The position numbers and the translations under genes were made by a program. Shown one piece after another: positions 48,685-60,996 of a stretch of DNA of 64,000 nt. The notes under the pieces were generated by a model. The model made no database searches. It was given only the letters and a program-made list of their open reading frames with translations, and was not told the origin of the DNA. Origin of the DNA: Mobula hypostoma (taxonomy: Eukaryota); assembly GCF_963921235.1 (NCBI RefSeq), contig NC_086097.1:247568001-247632000 (forward strand). The letters run 5' to 3'. Each line of letters starts with the position of its first letter. Position 1 is the first letter of the stretch.

Positions 48685-49810
48685 GGAGCTGGGAGGCCGA
48701 GTGGAGATACATCTCTCCCAAAGGAGGTGTAAGGTGCTCCTTCCCTCCACTAGCTGGCAGGTCACCCTTGGGCGAGGTGTAGCACCTGCTTAGTGCCCCC
48801 ATCCCCCCGATCAGGGTCACCTGGAGCCATGGGAGCAGGTGGTGGATGGTCGTATGAGAAGCTGGTGCACATCACATACCCTGGTTATGCGACCACTGAC
48901 GCCAGGCAGACAATCTATTAAGAATATGGGTGGGGTCACCCATCTTGTAAAGACACCGCGCAGAAGAAGGCAATGGCAAGTTAATGGTAAGGCACTGAGG
49001 AGTGCAGTAGAACAGAGGGATCTGGGAATACAGATACAAAATTCCCTAAAAGTGGCGTCACAGGTAGATAGGGTCGTAAAGAGAGCTTTTGGTACATTGG
49101 CCTTTATAAATCAAAGTATTGAGTATAAGAGTTGGAATGTTATGGTGAGGTTGTATAAGGCATTGGTGAGCCTGAATTTGGAGTACTGTGTGCAGTTTTG
49201 GTCACCAAATTACAGGAAGGATATAAATAAGGTTGAAAGAGTGCAGAGAAGGTTTGCAAGGATGTTGCCGAGACTTGAGAAACTCAGTTACAGAGAAAGG
49301 TTGAATCAGTTAGGACTTTATTCCCTGGAGCGTAGAAGAATGAGGGGAGATTTGATAGAGGTATATAAAATTATGATGGGTATAGATAGAGTGAATGCAA
49401 GCAGGCTTTTTCCACTGATGCTAGGGGAGAAAAAAAAACCAGAGGACATGGGTTAAGGGTGCAGGGGGAAAAGTTTAAAGGGAACATTAGTGGGGGCTTC
49501 TTCACACAGAGAGTGGTGGGAGTGTGGAATGAGCTGCCAGATGAAGTGGTAAATGCAGGCTCACTTTTAACACTTAAGAAAAACTTGGACAGGTACATGG
49601 ATGGGAGGTGTATGGAAGGATATGGTCCAGGTGCGGGTCAGTGGGACTAGGCAGGAAAATGGTTCAGCACAGCCAAGAAGGGCCAAAAGGCCTGTTTCTG
49701 TGCGTGATGTTCTATGGTTCTATGGCAAACCACTTCTGTGGGAAAAGTTTGCCCAGAACAATTGTGTTCAAGACCATGATCGCCCACGTCATACGACACA
49801 GCTCATAATG
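48685..49810 (+). mobile_element. RTE-derived SINE split by a CR1 family A copy (48980-49721)
   Basis: TSD ATGGCAA at 48973-48979 and 49722-49728. Confidence 0.85.
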
Positions 49811-50294
49811 AGTGAGTGGCTGTGCATGGAGACACACGGAGAAGTGTGTCATTTGATGTAACAAGCTACACAACCTAAGGATGTGCTGGAGGCAGCCCAG
49901 AAGTATTGCCACACCTCCCGGTGCCAACATAGCATGTCTACAATGTTCAGCAGATCAACACAGAACACAACAAAATAGAGCACGCCAAGTGATAAGACAA
50001 AAACAACAAAACAAGCTACGTTCCTCCCTCCCTCCCACACACATACACAGTCCTCTAACCCCAGGATAAGCTGTCTTGAGCCTCCAGCCTTCAGCGGACT
50101 TATGGATTAGCAGACCTTTGGCCTTTGACTTTCCAGCCTCCAGCAGACTCATTGAGATTCACAGACTTGAGGTCCAGCCATCAGGCCTTGGCTTCTGAAC
50201 TCCTGATTGATCTTTGGACTTGATCTGGACCTCTGATTGATGCTTGGGCTTTGATCTGGACTTCTGACTGACCTTTGGGCTTCGATCCGACAGC

Positions 50295-50610
50295 ATGCAT
50301 GGAGAGGAATTAACAGTCGATGTTTCAGGCTGAAACCCTTCACCAGGACTGGAAAGGAGAGGGGGAAAAAAGCCAGAATAGGAAGATGGTGGGGAGAGGG
50401 AAGCTGGCATGTGAGAGACCAGGTGGGTGGGTGGGGGAGGGGGGCTGTAGTGAGAAGCTGGGGGGAGATTGGTGGAAGAGGTAAATGGCTGAGTAAGAAG
50501 GAATCTGATAGGAGGAGAGAGTGGAGCATCGACGAAACGGAAGGAGATGAGGCACCAGAGGGAGGTGAAGGGCAGGTGAGAAGAAGAGCAGGGGTAAAAG
50601 GGGAACCAGA
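50295..50610 (-). mobile_element. PLE terminal-repeat fragment with degenerate hammerhead (50314-50351)
   Basis: Reverse complement CAGTC CTGGTGA AGGGTTTCAGCCT GAAA CATC GACTG. Confidence 0.75.
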
Positions 50611-51194
50611 ATCGAATTGTAGGCTAATTCCATTTGAATCATAATTTCCTTTCTCATTTTTCCACATTACACTCCATCTTGCCTTTTCAATTATGTTAGT
50701 CTCATTCACTTGCAGGTTCTATGTGACTTCCTCTCCATTCTCATCCAAGGTAGATCTAAACATATATTTATGTCTGTGGAAAGCTTTCTGGCAATTATTA
50801 AGCTGTTATCGTGCATTGGTTTCTCCACTGGAATCGCTTTTGAGCTCTCATTATATTTTATTGGTGGCTGAGAGGTGTCACTCGCAGAGCTGGCTGTCGC
50901 TGTGCGGGAACAGACAATTCATTGGAAGAGGAACTCAAAATCAATTGAACATGAACAACGTGAAACAGAATATGTTCCTGACAAACACCGCTGGATTCTG
51001 TCTTTGAAAACTGCCAGGGACTAACGATTAGTAATCCATTTTTGTAAATCTATTAACCCACCCCACCACCCCACCACCACTACATAGACATCACCTAGCA
51101 TCACTTTGTGTACATACAGTCTATGGAGACTACAGTTACTTGTAAATTGTGTTTTTAGGATTGCTTTTATATTTATTGTATTTTATTGTATTCG

Positions 51195-51805
51195 TGGTTT
51201 ACCGTGGTTCCTAAGGTTGTCATAGCTGGGGGTGCTAGTGGGGATAAGCTCCCACTACCTATAAAGTGCTCCATATGGTGTGAGACTCTAACAGCCTCTG
51301 ACAACCAAGTCCAACTCTTGGCCTAAATGCGTAGCTACTAGGCGTGGCAGAAATGTTTCTACTGACAAGAAAATGGGCAAAGGCGGACCACTGGTGCCTC
51401 AAAAGCACTTGCTTAGGGCAGGTAGGGCTTGTCAGCCTTGGACGGCAGCCCGCCTAGGATAAGGGAAACTCTGATTTTAACCTCCGCTACCTTGTGGCCA
51501 TACTGACCCATGGGAAAGGCTTCAGGAATAAACCCTGAGGAAGAAATCTGGATCCGGGGTCCCTAAGGCAGTTTGATGTTGTTTACAACTTCACTCTGGC
51601 AGCCTCTGCGATGACACTGGTACCAAGCTGTTTTGGCGTTTGCCCTTCCCTTGGACTACATCGGTGACGTGGAGAGGGGGAACCCGCTGCATGGGTAACA
51701 GCCGGTTCTTCAAATCTTCCCGCCCAGGCTTGCACCCTGGAGAGGACACAGTCCACCAGAGGCACCAACTGATGATCCCCCAGATCGACGACTGCCTACT
51801 TTTTA
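51195..51805 (+). mobile_element. RTE-clade 5'UTR-derived non-autonomous element, copy 2
   Basis: Collinear with 5345-5930. Confidence 0.6.
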
Positions 51806-52332
51806 CTTGTATTTTTATATGCTGCATCAGATCAAAAGTTCAAAGTACATTTATTATCAAAGTATACAGAATACAACTCTGAGGTTTGTGTTCCTGCCTT
51901 GAAACAAAGGAGCAACGTAGAACTGTTCAAGAAAACATCAAACACTCAAAGCGTGCGAAAGAACAAACTGAGCAAACAGCATAAAGTGAGCAAGCAAATA
52001 CATAGAATATCAGACATCAGACCGGCAGTGTTCAGTTCAGCTCAGTTCAGCTCCACACTGCAGGCTGCACACAAAGCCACTCTTCGCTGAAGCGTCCCAG
52101 TCTGCATTGATCACCCTGATCGAACCGGTCAAAAACAGCGAAAAACAGAACAACCAGATTCCAGAAATACATGCGACATGAACCCCAAAACGAGTCCACA
52201 GCCCCCAGAGTAACAATCATTTTGTGCTCCTTTACACTTGTGTACTGAAGACAGACAATAAACCACCTTGAATCTTGAATTCAGCGTTTGTGTCTCAAAC
52301 AACAAAACCCAGCAGGTGGTTGAACCAAAGTA

Positions 52333-52867
52333 CACTCAGTGGCCAGTTTATGTACACCTGCTCATCAACGCAAATAGCTAATCAGCCAATCATGTGGCAG
52401 CAACTCAATGCATAAAAGCATGCAGACATGGTCAAGAGGTTCGGCTGTTATTTAGACCAAACATCAGAATGGGGAAGAAACGTGGACTGAGTTGGTGCCA
52501 GACAGGGTGGTTGGATTATCTCAGAAACTGCTGATTTCCTGGAATTTTCACACATAGCAGTCTCTAGATTTTACAGAGAATGGTGCGAAAAACAGAAAAG
52601 TCTCCTGTAAGCGGCAGTTCTGTGGGCAAAAACGCCTCGTTAATGAAGGAGGCCAGGGGAGAATGGCCAGATTGGTTCGAGCTGACAGGAAGGTGACAGT
52701 AGCTCAAATAACCAAGCATTACAACAGTGGTTTGTGGAAGAGCATCTCTGAACTCACAACACGTCAAACCTTGAAGTGGATGGGCTACAGAGCAGAAGAC
52801 CATGAATATACACTCAGTGGCCACTTCATTAGTTACAGGAAGTATCGGATAAATTGGCCACTGAATA
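52333..52867 (+). mobile_element. Tc1-derived non-autonomous element with TIRs and an internal third TIR copy
   Basis: TA-CACTCAGTGGCCA at 52333 and 52811; TGGCCACTGAAT at 52855; transposase HTH remnant RLVRADRKVTVAQIT. Confidence 0.8.
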
Positions 52868-53081
52868 TATGTGAAGTTGACAGTGAGATGCCATTATTGA
52901 ATGTGGAGAGGAATAGTCACAGTGTGTTTCTTGATATCACGCAGAAAGATGTTTCACCTGGAGTTCCTGTCCAACCAATTCAAAGAAAGATTAGCTTTGT
53001 TTTTTCACATGTACATTGAAACATACAGTGAAATGTGTTGTGTGCGTCAATGACCAACACAGTCTGAGGATGTGTTGAGGA

Positions 53082-53660
53082 TGGCATGGTAGCAATGTGG
53101 TTAGCACAATGCTTTACAGTAAAAAAGGCATCCGTTAGTCTTGCAAGACCATGGATCTGCGCCTGTAAAGTCTTCACTCTCCAGGGCGCAGGCCTGGGCA
53201 AGGTGGTATGGGAGACCAGCAGTTGCCCATGCTGCAAGTCTCCCCTCTCCACGACACCAATGTTGTCCAAGGGAAGGGCATTAGGACCCATACAGCTTGG
53301 CACCAGTGTCGTCGCAGAGCAATGTGTGATTAAGTGCCTTGCTCAAGGACACGTTGCCTCGGCTGGGGCTCGAACTCACAACCTTCAGGTCGCTAGTCCA
53401 ATGCCTTAACCACTTGGCCACGTGCCCACACAGATACAGGTTCAATTCTTGCCACTGCCTGTAAGGAGTTGGTCATTCTCCCTGTGATTGCGTGGGTTTC
53501 CTCCGGGTGCTCCAGTTTCCTCCCACAGTCAAAAGATGTACTGGTTGATAGGTTAATTGGTCATTGTATATTGTCTCACGATTAGGCTCAGATTCAATCG
53601 ATGGATTGCTGGGTAGCTCAGCTCAAAGGGCTGGATGGCCTTTTCCACGCTGTATCTCAA
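53082..53660 (+). mobile_element. V-SINE (HE1-like) split by a tRNA-SINE
   Basis: Head at 53082-53120; V-domain GTGGGTTTCCTCCGGGTGCTCCAGTTTCCTCCCACAGTC at ~53492-53530. Confidence 0.75.
53121..53427 (-). mobile_element. tRNA-derived SINE with RTE-related 3' body
   Basis: A-box TGGCCAAGTGG, B-box GTTCGAGCC, T-run end. Confidence 0.8.
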
Positions 53661-54709
53661 CGAATGAATGAATGAATGAATGGGCTGGGGACAGCCTGCA
53701 AAAGTTGCCACTGCTGGTGCCAACACAGCATGTCCACAACTTACTAACCCTAGTGATCCGTACATCTTTGGAATGTGGGAAGAAATGGAAACACCGAGAC
53801 AAACTCTATGTGGTGATGGGGAGAATGTACAAGCAGGAACTGAACCCGATTGCTGAAAAACGTGTCCTTTCATCAAACTCAATTAACAACAGTGCCACTT
53901 CCTGGGGACTTCACTGCTTGTCTCTCGTTCATTTTAAAATAGCTTTATTATAAACTTCACAGTGAGCAACTGTAATGACAGTGTGTGCCACATCCTAGAA
54001 CTAAACTGTAAATTGCATCAGCAGGCCCATTCAATTCTTCAGACGGGATCACCTTCATCACCCTGCGCACTCGGTTACATAAGCACAGTGCATTCTGTTT
54101 CATCGCCTTCAGTCACTTAACGAAACCGGATGATCCGACAACTTTCAGTCCACTGAGAGAGACATTGCAAAATTAACCTGAATTTAGGATACATCTGGAA
54201 ACACAATCGCACACTCCTGGCATAGCTCAAGACAACAGAGACATTTATCAGGAGAACTGCGTGAGCAAGGCTCTTAGGCTCCCCCCACACCCCCATCCAT
54301 CCAGCATCCTCTTTGACTTCCTACCATCAGGCAGGAGACTCCGATGCATAAAAACAAGAATGGTCAGGATGGGAAACGGTTTCTTCCCTCAGGCCATTAC
54401 GCTTCTCAGCTCTCAACCGCATCATATTTGAGATGTCACTGATCCGTAGTTAACAATGTTTAATATTAATGCACTTTAGTTTGTTATTTACGTGTGATTC
54501 ATCTGTAGATTTTATCCATACCTTCATAAGTTATCCTGTGTTGTGTTAACACCCTGGTTTGGAGAAACATTTCATTTCTATATATATGGTTGTATAGGTT
54601 ATGTACGTGTATATACTTAAATGACAATAAACTTGACTTGATTTGACTTGACAAGATGGAGGTCCACTTGGAATTTATTTGTAAGATCAACAATTTAAAG
54701 AGCAATGTC

Positions 54710-55000
54710 ACACAAAATGCTGGAGGAACTCAGCAAATCAGCCAGCATCTATGACGGGACGGTAGGGATATGGTAGGCTATGGTCCCAGTGCAGGTCGAT
54801 GAGAGTAGACATTTTGAAATGGTTTGGCATAGGGCAATGGGCTGAAGGGCCTGTTTCTGTGTTGTGCTTTTCTCTGACGATGACTAAGGGGAATAAACAG
54901 TCAACATTTCATGCTGAGATCCTTTATCAGGACTGAAAAGGATGCCAGAATAAGAAGTTGGGTGGAGGGGAGAGAGCTGCAAGTGATAGGTGGAAGCTGG
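54710..55000 (-). mobile_element. PLE terminal-repeat fragment (degenerate hammerhead 54898-54935), interrupted by a CR1 3' end
   Basis: Reverse complement CAGTC CTGATAA AGGATCTCAGCAT GAAA TGTT GACTG. Confidence 0.65.
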
Positions 55001-55002
55001 TT

Positions 55003-55680
55003 CAAAAGTTCAAAGTTCAAAGTAAACTTATTGCTAAAGTGTGTATGCATATACAGTACACGTTACCACATACAACCCTGAGATTCATTTTTTTGTGGGG
55101 TTACTCAATAATACTTTAGAATAATAACCAGAATAGAAGACTGCACCAACTTGGGCATAAACCAGTGTGCAAAAGACAACAACCTATGCAAATACAAAAA
55201 GAAAGAATAACAATAAAAATAAATAAATCGGCAATGAACATGAGATGAAGAATCCTTGAAAGAGAGTCCATAGTTGTGAGAACATTTCAATGATGGGGCA
55301 AGTGAAGTTGAGTGAAGTTATCCCCTTTGGTTTAGGAGCCTGATTGTTGAACCTGGTGGTGTGAGTCCTGAGGCTCCTGTACCTTCTTCCTAATGGCAGC
55401 CACAAGAACAGTACACGTTCTGGGCGGTGGGGGTCCCTGATGATGGATGCTGCTTTCCTGCGACAACGCTTCATGTAGATGTGCTTAATGGTGGGGAGGA
55501 CTTCACCCATGACGGACTGGTCTGTATCCACCACTATTTGTAGGACTTTCCGATGAAGGGCGTTGGTGTTTCCACACCAGGCTGTGAGGCAACCAAGCCA
55601 ATAAACACTCCACTACAAATCTATAGCAGCTTGTCATGCTGAATCTCGGCAAACTTCTAATTGAGAAGTAACATTCTTGG
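55003..55680 (-). mobile_element. Rex1-like LINE 3' fragment
   Basis: RKAASIIRDPH..GRRYRSLRTHTTRF; (TTTGAAC)n tail. Confidence 0.8.
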
Positions 55681-56394
55681 AGATTGTCAGGGTGGGTGGT
55701 GTGTGGATGTTTCAACTCCTGGCAGAACTAGAACCAAGTTGCAAAGTCCCTATGTAAAGTGCTAGTTATTTATGTCTGAGATGGCAACATCCCATGCACC
55801 ATCAATCTTCAGACCATTGCCATTCAGGGGCTTGTGCTAATACTATTTTGTGACTGTATATGTTATCATAACTATAGGTACTGTGTGCTGTATGTGACTG
55901 TGTGTTCACCTGAGATAGTAGACGACTGAAAACTTTGCAAGATATATTAGTTTCTGCACACTAGTGAAAGATCCTTTTCTGGCAAGTGCAACCTTTAATT
56001 TCAAAGTTCAAAGTACATTTATTATCAAAGAATGTATAAATTATACAACTTTGAGATTTCTCTGTTTACAGACAGCCACAAAACAAGAAACCCAAAACAG
56101 ACCATTAAAAAAAAGATAAACATCCAGTGCGCAAAGAGAGAAAAAACACAAAGCATGCAAACAATACAAACAAGCAACAGCATTCGAACCAAATTGAGTG
56201 CATAGACCCGGAGCAGGCCCAAAGCCTCGGTCTCAGTTCATCACACAGCAGGGCAACTCACCGTGAAGCTCGCAAACATGGAACATGTAGCAGCCAGAGC
56301 CGAGTCACGGGCTCAGCGCCACGGAGAGAGGAGTGAACATCGCGTAAGAGCGAGTGGAACTGGCCCAACCCTCACCTCCGGCCCCAACACCCTG

Positions 56395-56830
56395 CCTGGG
56401 TAGCCCCCAACCTGATGGCATGAACATTGACTTCTCAAACTTCCGCTAATGCCCCACCTCCCGCTCATACCCCATCTGTTATTTATTTATTTATATACAC
56501 ACATTCTTTTTTTGCCTCTGTCCCTCTGACTATACTCCTTGCCCATCCTCTGGGTTTCCCCCTCCCCCTTTTCTTTCTCCCTGGGCCTCCTGTCCCATGA
56601 TCCTCTCATATCCCTTTTGTCAATCACCTGTCCAGCTCTTGGCTCCATCCCTCCCCCTCCTGTATTCTCCTATCATTTTGGATCTCCCCCTCCTTCTCCC
56701 ACTTTCAAATCTCTCACTAGCTCTTCCTTCAGTTAGTCCTGACGAAGGGTCTCGGCCCGAAACGTCGACTGTACCTCTTCCTAGAGATGCTGCCTGGCCT
56801 GCTGCATTCACCAGCAACTTTGATGTGTGT
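56395..56830 (+). mobile_element. PLE 3' end/terminal repeat
   Basis: DGMNIDFSNFR* followed by a repeat closely matching 16500-16905. Confidence 0.9.
56735..56770 (+). ncRNA. Minimal type-I hammerhead ribozyme motif, intact; predicted cleavage after C56766
   Basis: AGTC CTGACGA A GGGT CTCG GCCC GAAA CGTC GACT. Confidence 0.82.
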
Positions 56831-58785
56831 TATCCCATTTTAGTGTTTGCAAATTACATGAACCAAAAGAGAGAGTTTGGACTCGACTTAGTGAGGAGGT
56901 TGTGATACAAGATTCACCTTTGAAGTTCAAAAGAGAAAGTTTTATTTATCACATGTTCATCGAAACATAGAGTGAGACACTTCATTTACATCAACAGGCA
57001 ATACAGTGCAAGGATGTGCTGGGGTCAGCCTGCAAGTGTCGCCATGCTTCCAATACCAACATAGCATGTCCACGACTCACTGACCCTAACCCTAACCGTA
57101 TGTCTTAGGAATGTGAGAGGAAACCGGAGCACCCGGGGGAAACTCATGGAAGAACACAGAACATAGAAACCTACAGCACATTACAGGCCCTTCGGCCCAC
57201 AATGTTGTGTCGACCATGTAACCTACTCTAGAGGCTGCCCAGAATTTCCCTAGCGCATAGCCCTCTATTTTTCTAAGCTCTGTGTACCTATCTAAGAATC
57301 TCTTAAAAGACCCTATTGTATTCGCTTCCACCACCACTACCAGCAGGGCATTCCACGCACCCACCACTCTCTCCTTCGGAGTACAGACTCCTTATAGACA
57401 GTGGCAGGAATCAAACCCTGATCTTAGATCTGATGCTGTTGGGGGGGGGGCGCGGGGGGAGGCTTGTTTTTTTGTTATTGTTCCTTGTGTTGTTCTGCTG
57501 AATCAGAATCAGGTTTATTATCACTGTGAATATTTGTGAAATTTGTTGACTCAGCAGCAGCAGTTCAATGCAATACATAATATAGAAGAAAAAATATATA
57601 ATTATAATAAATAAATCAGCAAATCAATTACAGTATATGTAAATTGAAGAGATTAAAAATCATTCAAAAACAGAAATAACATATATATTAAAGAAGTGAG
57701 GTAGTGTTCTCAGGTTCAATGTCCATTTAGGAATTAGATAGCAGAGGGGAACAAAGCTGTTCCTGAATCACTGAGTGTGTGCTTTCAGGCTTCTGTATCT
57801 CCTACCTGATGGTAACAGTGAGAAAAGGGCATGCCCTGGGTGCTGGGGGTCATTAATAATGGACGCTGCCTTTCTGAGTCACCGTTCCTCGAAGATGTCC
57901 TGGGTACTTTGTAGGCTAGCACCCAAGATGGAGCCAACTAAATTTATGGCCCTCTACAGCTTCTTTTGGTCCTGCGCCGTAGCCGAGGATAAGTAAATCT
58001 GAATTTGAATCGAATTGGTTAGATTTGAACCTGATGGTCAGAGCATAGTACCAAAGCATAGAAGATTGTAAACTCAGCCAGCTCCATCATAGGTACTAGA
58101 CTCCTCAGCACTGATAACATCTTCAAAAAGACGATCCCTCAAAAAGGTGGCATCCATCATTAAGGACACCCATCACCCAGAAAATTCCCTCTTCTCATTG
58201 CTGCCATCAGGAAGGAGGTACAGGGGCCAGAGGACACACACTCAACAACTCAGGAACAGCTTCTTCCGCTCTGCAGTCAGATTCCTGAGGAGTCAATGAA
58301 CCCACAAACACTACCTCTCTACTTTGGCTCTCTTTTGCAATACAGGGGTGCTTATTTAATTTTTTATGTGTCTGCACTACTTACTATAAGATCAAAATTT
58401 TTACACATTACACTATCCAGCTGCCACAAAACAACAGATTTCATGTCTTTGTCAGTGATAATAAAACCGATTCTGAATCTGAAGGATGATTCCATCCAAG
58501 ATGAAATGCCTGCAGTTGACACCCCAATTCCATAACTACATACACTCACTCCTTTACACGAGAGATTCTGCAGATGCTGGAATCCCAGAGTGGCACACAC
58601 AAAATACTGGAGGAACTCAACAGCTCAACAGGTAGCATCAGGACTCAGCCCAAAATGTCAACTATTTATTCAAAGTTCAAATTAACTTATCAAAGTACAT
58701 ACAGTATATGTTTGGGTGGTGGGGTGGAGAGAACGTCTCTGCCAAAGGAGGTGAAAGGCTCTCCTTCCCTCCGCTAGCCTGCAGG

Positions 58786-60996
58786 CTGGGGCGTACCTAC
58801 GGAAAATAGTGCCTATGGCAAGCACTGAAATTGCGCCCCTGTCCAAACATCTGACACCCATCTTTTAGATAACTTTACCATAATATCAGCTCGAAAATAC
58901 AAGTCAAGCTCGTTAATCTTTTAATCACCAAATTATGGCAACACATGAAAATTATAACTGTACCTTCCTTGCTGTCACTGACGCAAATTGGTCTATGATG
59001 TGATTAAAGTCAGTTTTTTCAGTTTCTTCTCTTTCTACAGTCAGCAGAGCAAGATCACAGAGTCTGCCTTGACCCATGGAGGCTCTCAAATACAAAAGTA
59101 TTAGTTTTAACTTGCTGAATGATCTCTCACAGCTGGCGATGGAAACTGCAATGGTTAGCATTATCTGAATAGCAATGCGAAGACTGGGGAAGACGCTCTC
59201 ATCTCCATACTGAACAATAAATTCAAGAAGCTCTTCAGGTCTTGATATTTTCATGTTGACCCACCTTGACAGCAACATTCTGCAATCCAAAATTCCTTCA
59301 TATAGCTGCTGTCCATCAACATCAGAGCTGTACAATTCGCCCAAATTTTCACACCACTTCTTTATGTCGTTACTGTCAGCACCATAACACAGTCCCTCAA
59401 CATCGAGAAGGAACCCAAACTTGGCGTCAGTGTCGTGCAAACGAGCGAACCTTTCGTCCACTTCTCTGTGAAGATGGTCGAGTGTTCCCTTCATGACTCT
59501 TTCCATTTCCTCCTTAGCTTCGTCACGAAGCGTTCAGCCCGAAACATCGACCGATCTTTTCCACGGATGCTGCCCGACCTGCTGAGTTCCTCCAGCGTGT
59601 TGTGAGTGTTGCTTTGACCCTAGCATCTGCAGATTATTTTGTGCTTACTATAGTACTTGGCCTTACGAATGCTTCTCAGTAAATTGGCGAACAGTGGATG
59701 CCATCATGTGGATGAATTTGTTCTGGACACCTGGTGAAAGATAGGACGTGGATCCAGGATGACTTTCCAAATGGGTGAAGTGTTCTTTTACGACAGGGTC
59801 AAAGATGGCCAGTAGTTTCAGTAAGCCAAGGAAATTTCCCACATTGGAGTCATCGCCTAGCTGAAGTGACTCCCTGTGTCCTCGCAAAGCCAGGTTCTGA
59901 GTCGCAAGGAATTTTATGCAGTGAAGGATTCTCTTCAAGATATCACGCCACTTCTACTTTTCCTTCTCAATCTGTGCATCAATAACTCCTCCGCTTCCAG
60001 CTAAATTTCTTTCCACTGTGTGAAGCATTCCTGATGATTCTTGGCATTTTAATAAACACTAATCCTTTCAGGTGCTTTCCACTGGTTGAATCCACTTTCC
60101 TGCTCCAATGAGGATTGATGGTCTGACCGGGAATAGAGAAGACAACAGATACAAAATGCAGACTTTTTAGAAGGGGAATAGACCAGCCATGAGCGAGTCA
60201 CTTCCTCACCACGACCATTTCCCAATTTCCTCTTGAATCAAGTTTTGTTCATTGAGCAGTTATTTGTTGGTAGGAAAGAGCCCTCACTGTTCTGGAAATA
60301 CTTGGAACCTAGCTTTATTATTTCTGTCTCAACGCGTCAGGCAAAATTGCTTTTCCAATATCCCTGTGGAACTTCAGAAGTCCATTGTCATGCTGTTCAA
60401 TCACTTCTGGTATGACAGTTCGAGGCTCTTTGACGCCATCCAGTTCACCAGGTTCAGTGTCGTCAGGTTCAATCTCGTCAATAAACTCAACATCACCATC
60501 ACCACCGTCGTCTTCCCCTCCTGTCATGTTCACCTTCTCTGTGGCAGCCTCACTCCTAATCTTGTCATACTCAGATTTATCTGACTTGACTTCCTCCTCG
60601 GCTTGTGACGCATTTGTACTTGATCCACCTTCGGATTCTAACAAACTTGTAGCAGGTACAGGCGACTCCATGGAATGTGTCGAACTACTTGTTCCGGGCT
60701 TTTCAAAGAAGGGCATGAAGAACTTGCTCGACTTCTTGGCTTCCTCCGCCTCCAACTTTCATCTCTTCCGTCCTTCTTCCTCCTTCTTCGTGAAGAAATG
60801 TTTCATGGCCTTCTTACACAATGCTCTGAAATAAGGCCATCCTAGTGCTTCTCGCCCATGATAATCAAAGGCAGATCATACATCTGAAGAAAATTCTTTT
60901 TTCACTATCCGAGGATGGCTTGTCTGACTTTAACAGAAACTGCTCAGTGACGCCCAGGGCATGTGCCATACCTGCCGCACCTCAGATACGCCACTG
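58786..60996 (-). mobile_element. hAT DNA transposon (Tip100/ZMYM1-like), internally deleted
   Basis: TSD CCTGCAGG at 58778-58785 and 60997-61004; imperfect TIR CTGGGGCGTACC / rc CAGTGGCGTATC; TTF-type zinc finger RSWLVYSPSKKSAFCICCLL, DUF4371-like LATQNLALRGHRE..GNFLGLL, hATC SIASCERSFSKLKLI. Confidence 0.92.
59521..59648 (+). mobile_element. Short PLE terminal-repeat module with degenerate hammerhead at the hAT deletion junction
   Basis: CACGAAGCGTTCAGCCCGAAACATCGAC..GATGCTGCCCGACCTGCTGAGTTCCTCCAGC. Confidence 0.75.

Noticed and set aside
48685..48840. HDV-like ribozyme at the 5' end of the Bov-A-like SINE family
   Set aside because: Folds by eye into simple nested hairpins (AAGGAG/CTCCTT, GCAGGT/ACCTGC); no L3 or J4/2 signature found.
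50716..50749. Plus-strand micro-exon after a pyrimidine tract
   Set aside because: Weak donor (GTAGAT), no recognisable peptide, no supporting neighbouring exons.
58952..60755. Host ZMYM1-like gene
   Set aside because: Bounded by TIRs and an 8-bp TSD, frameshifted and internally deleted.
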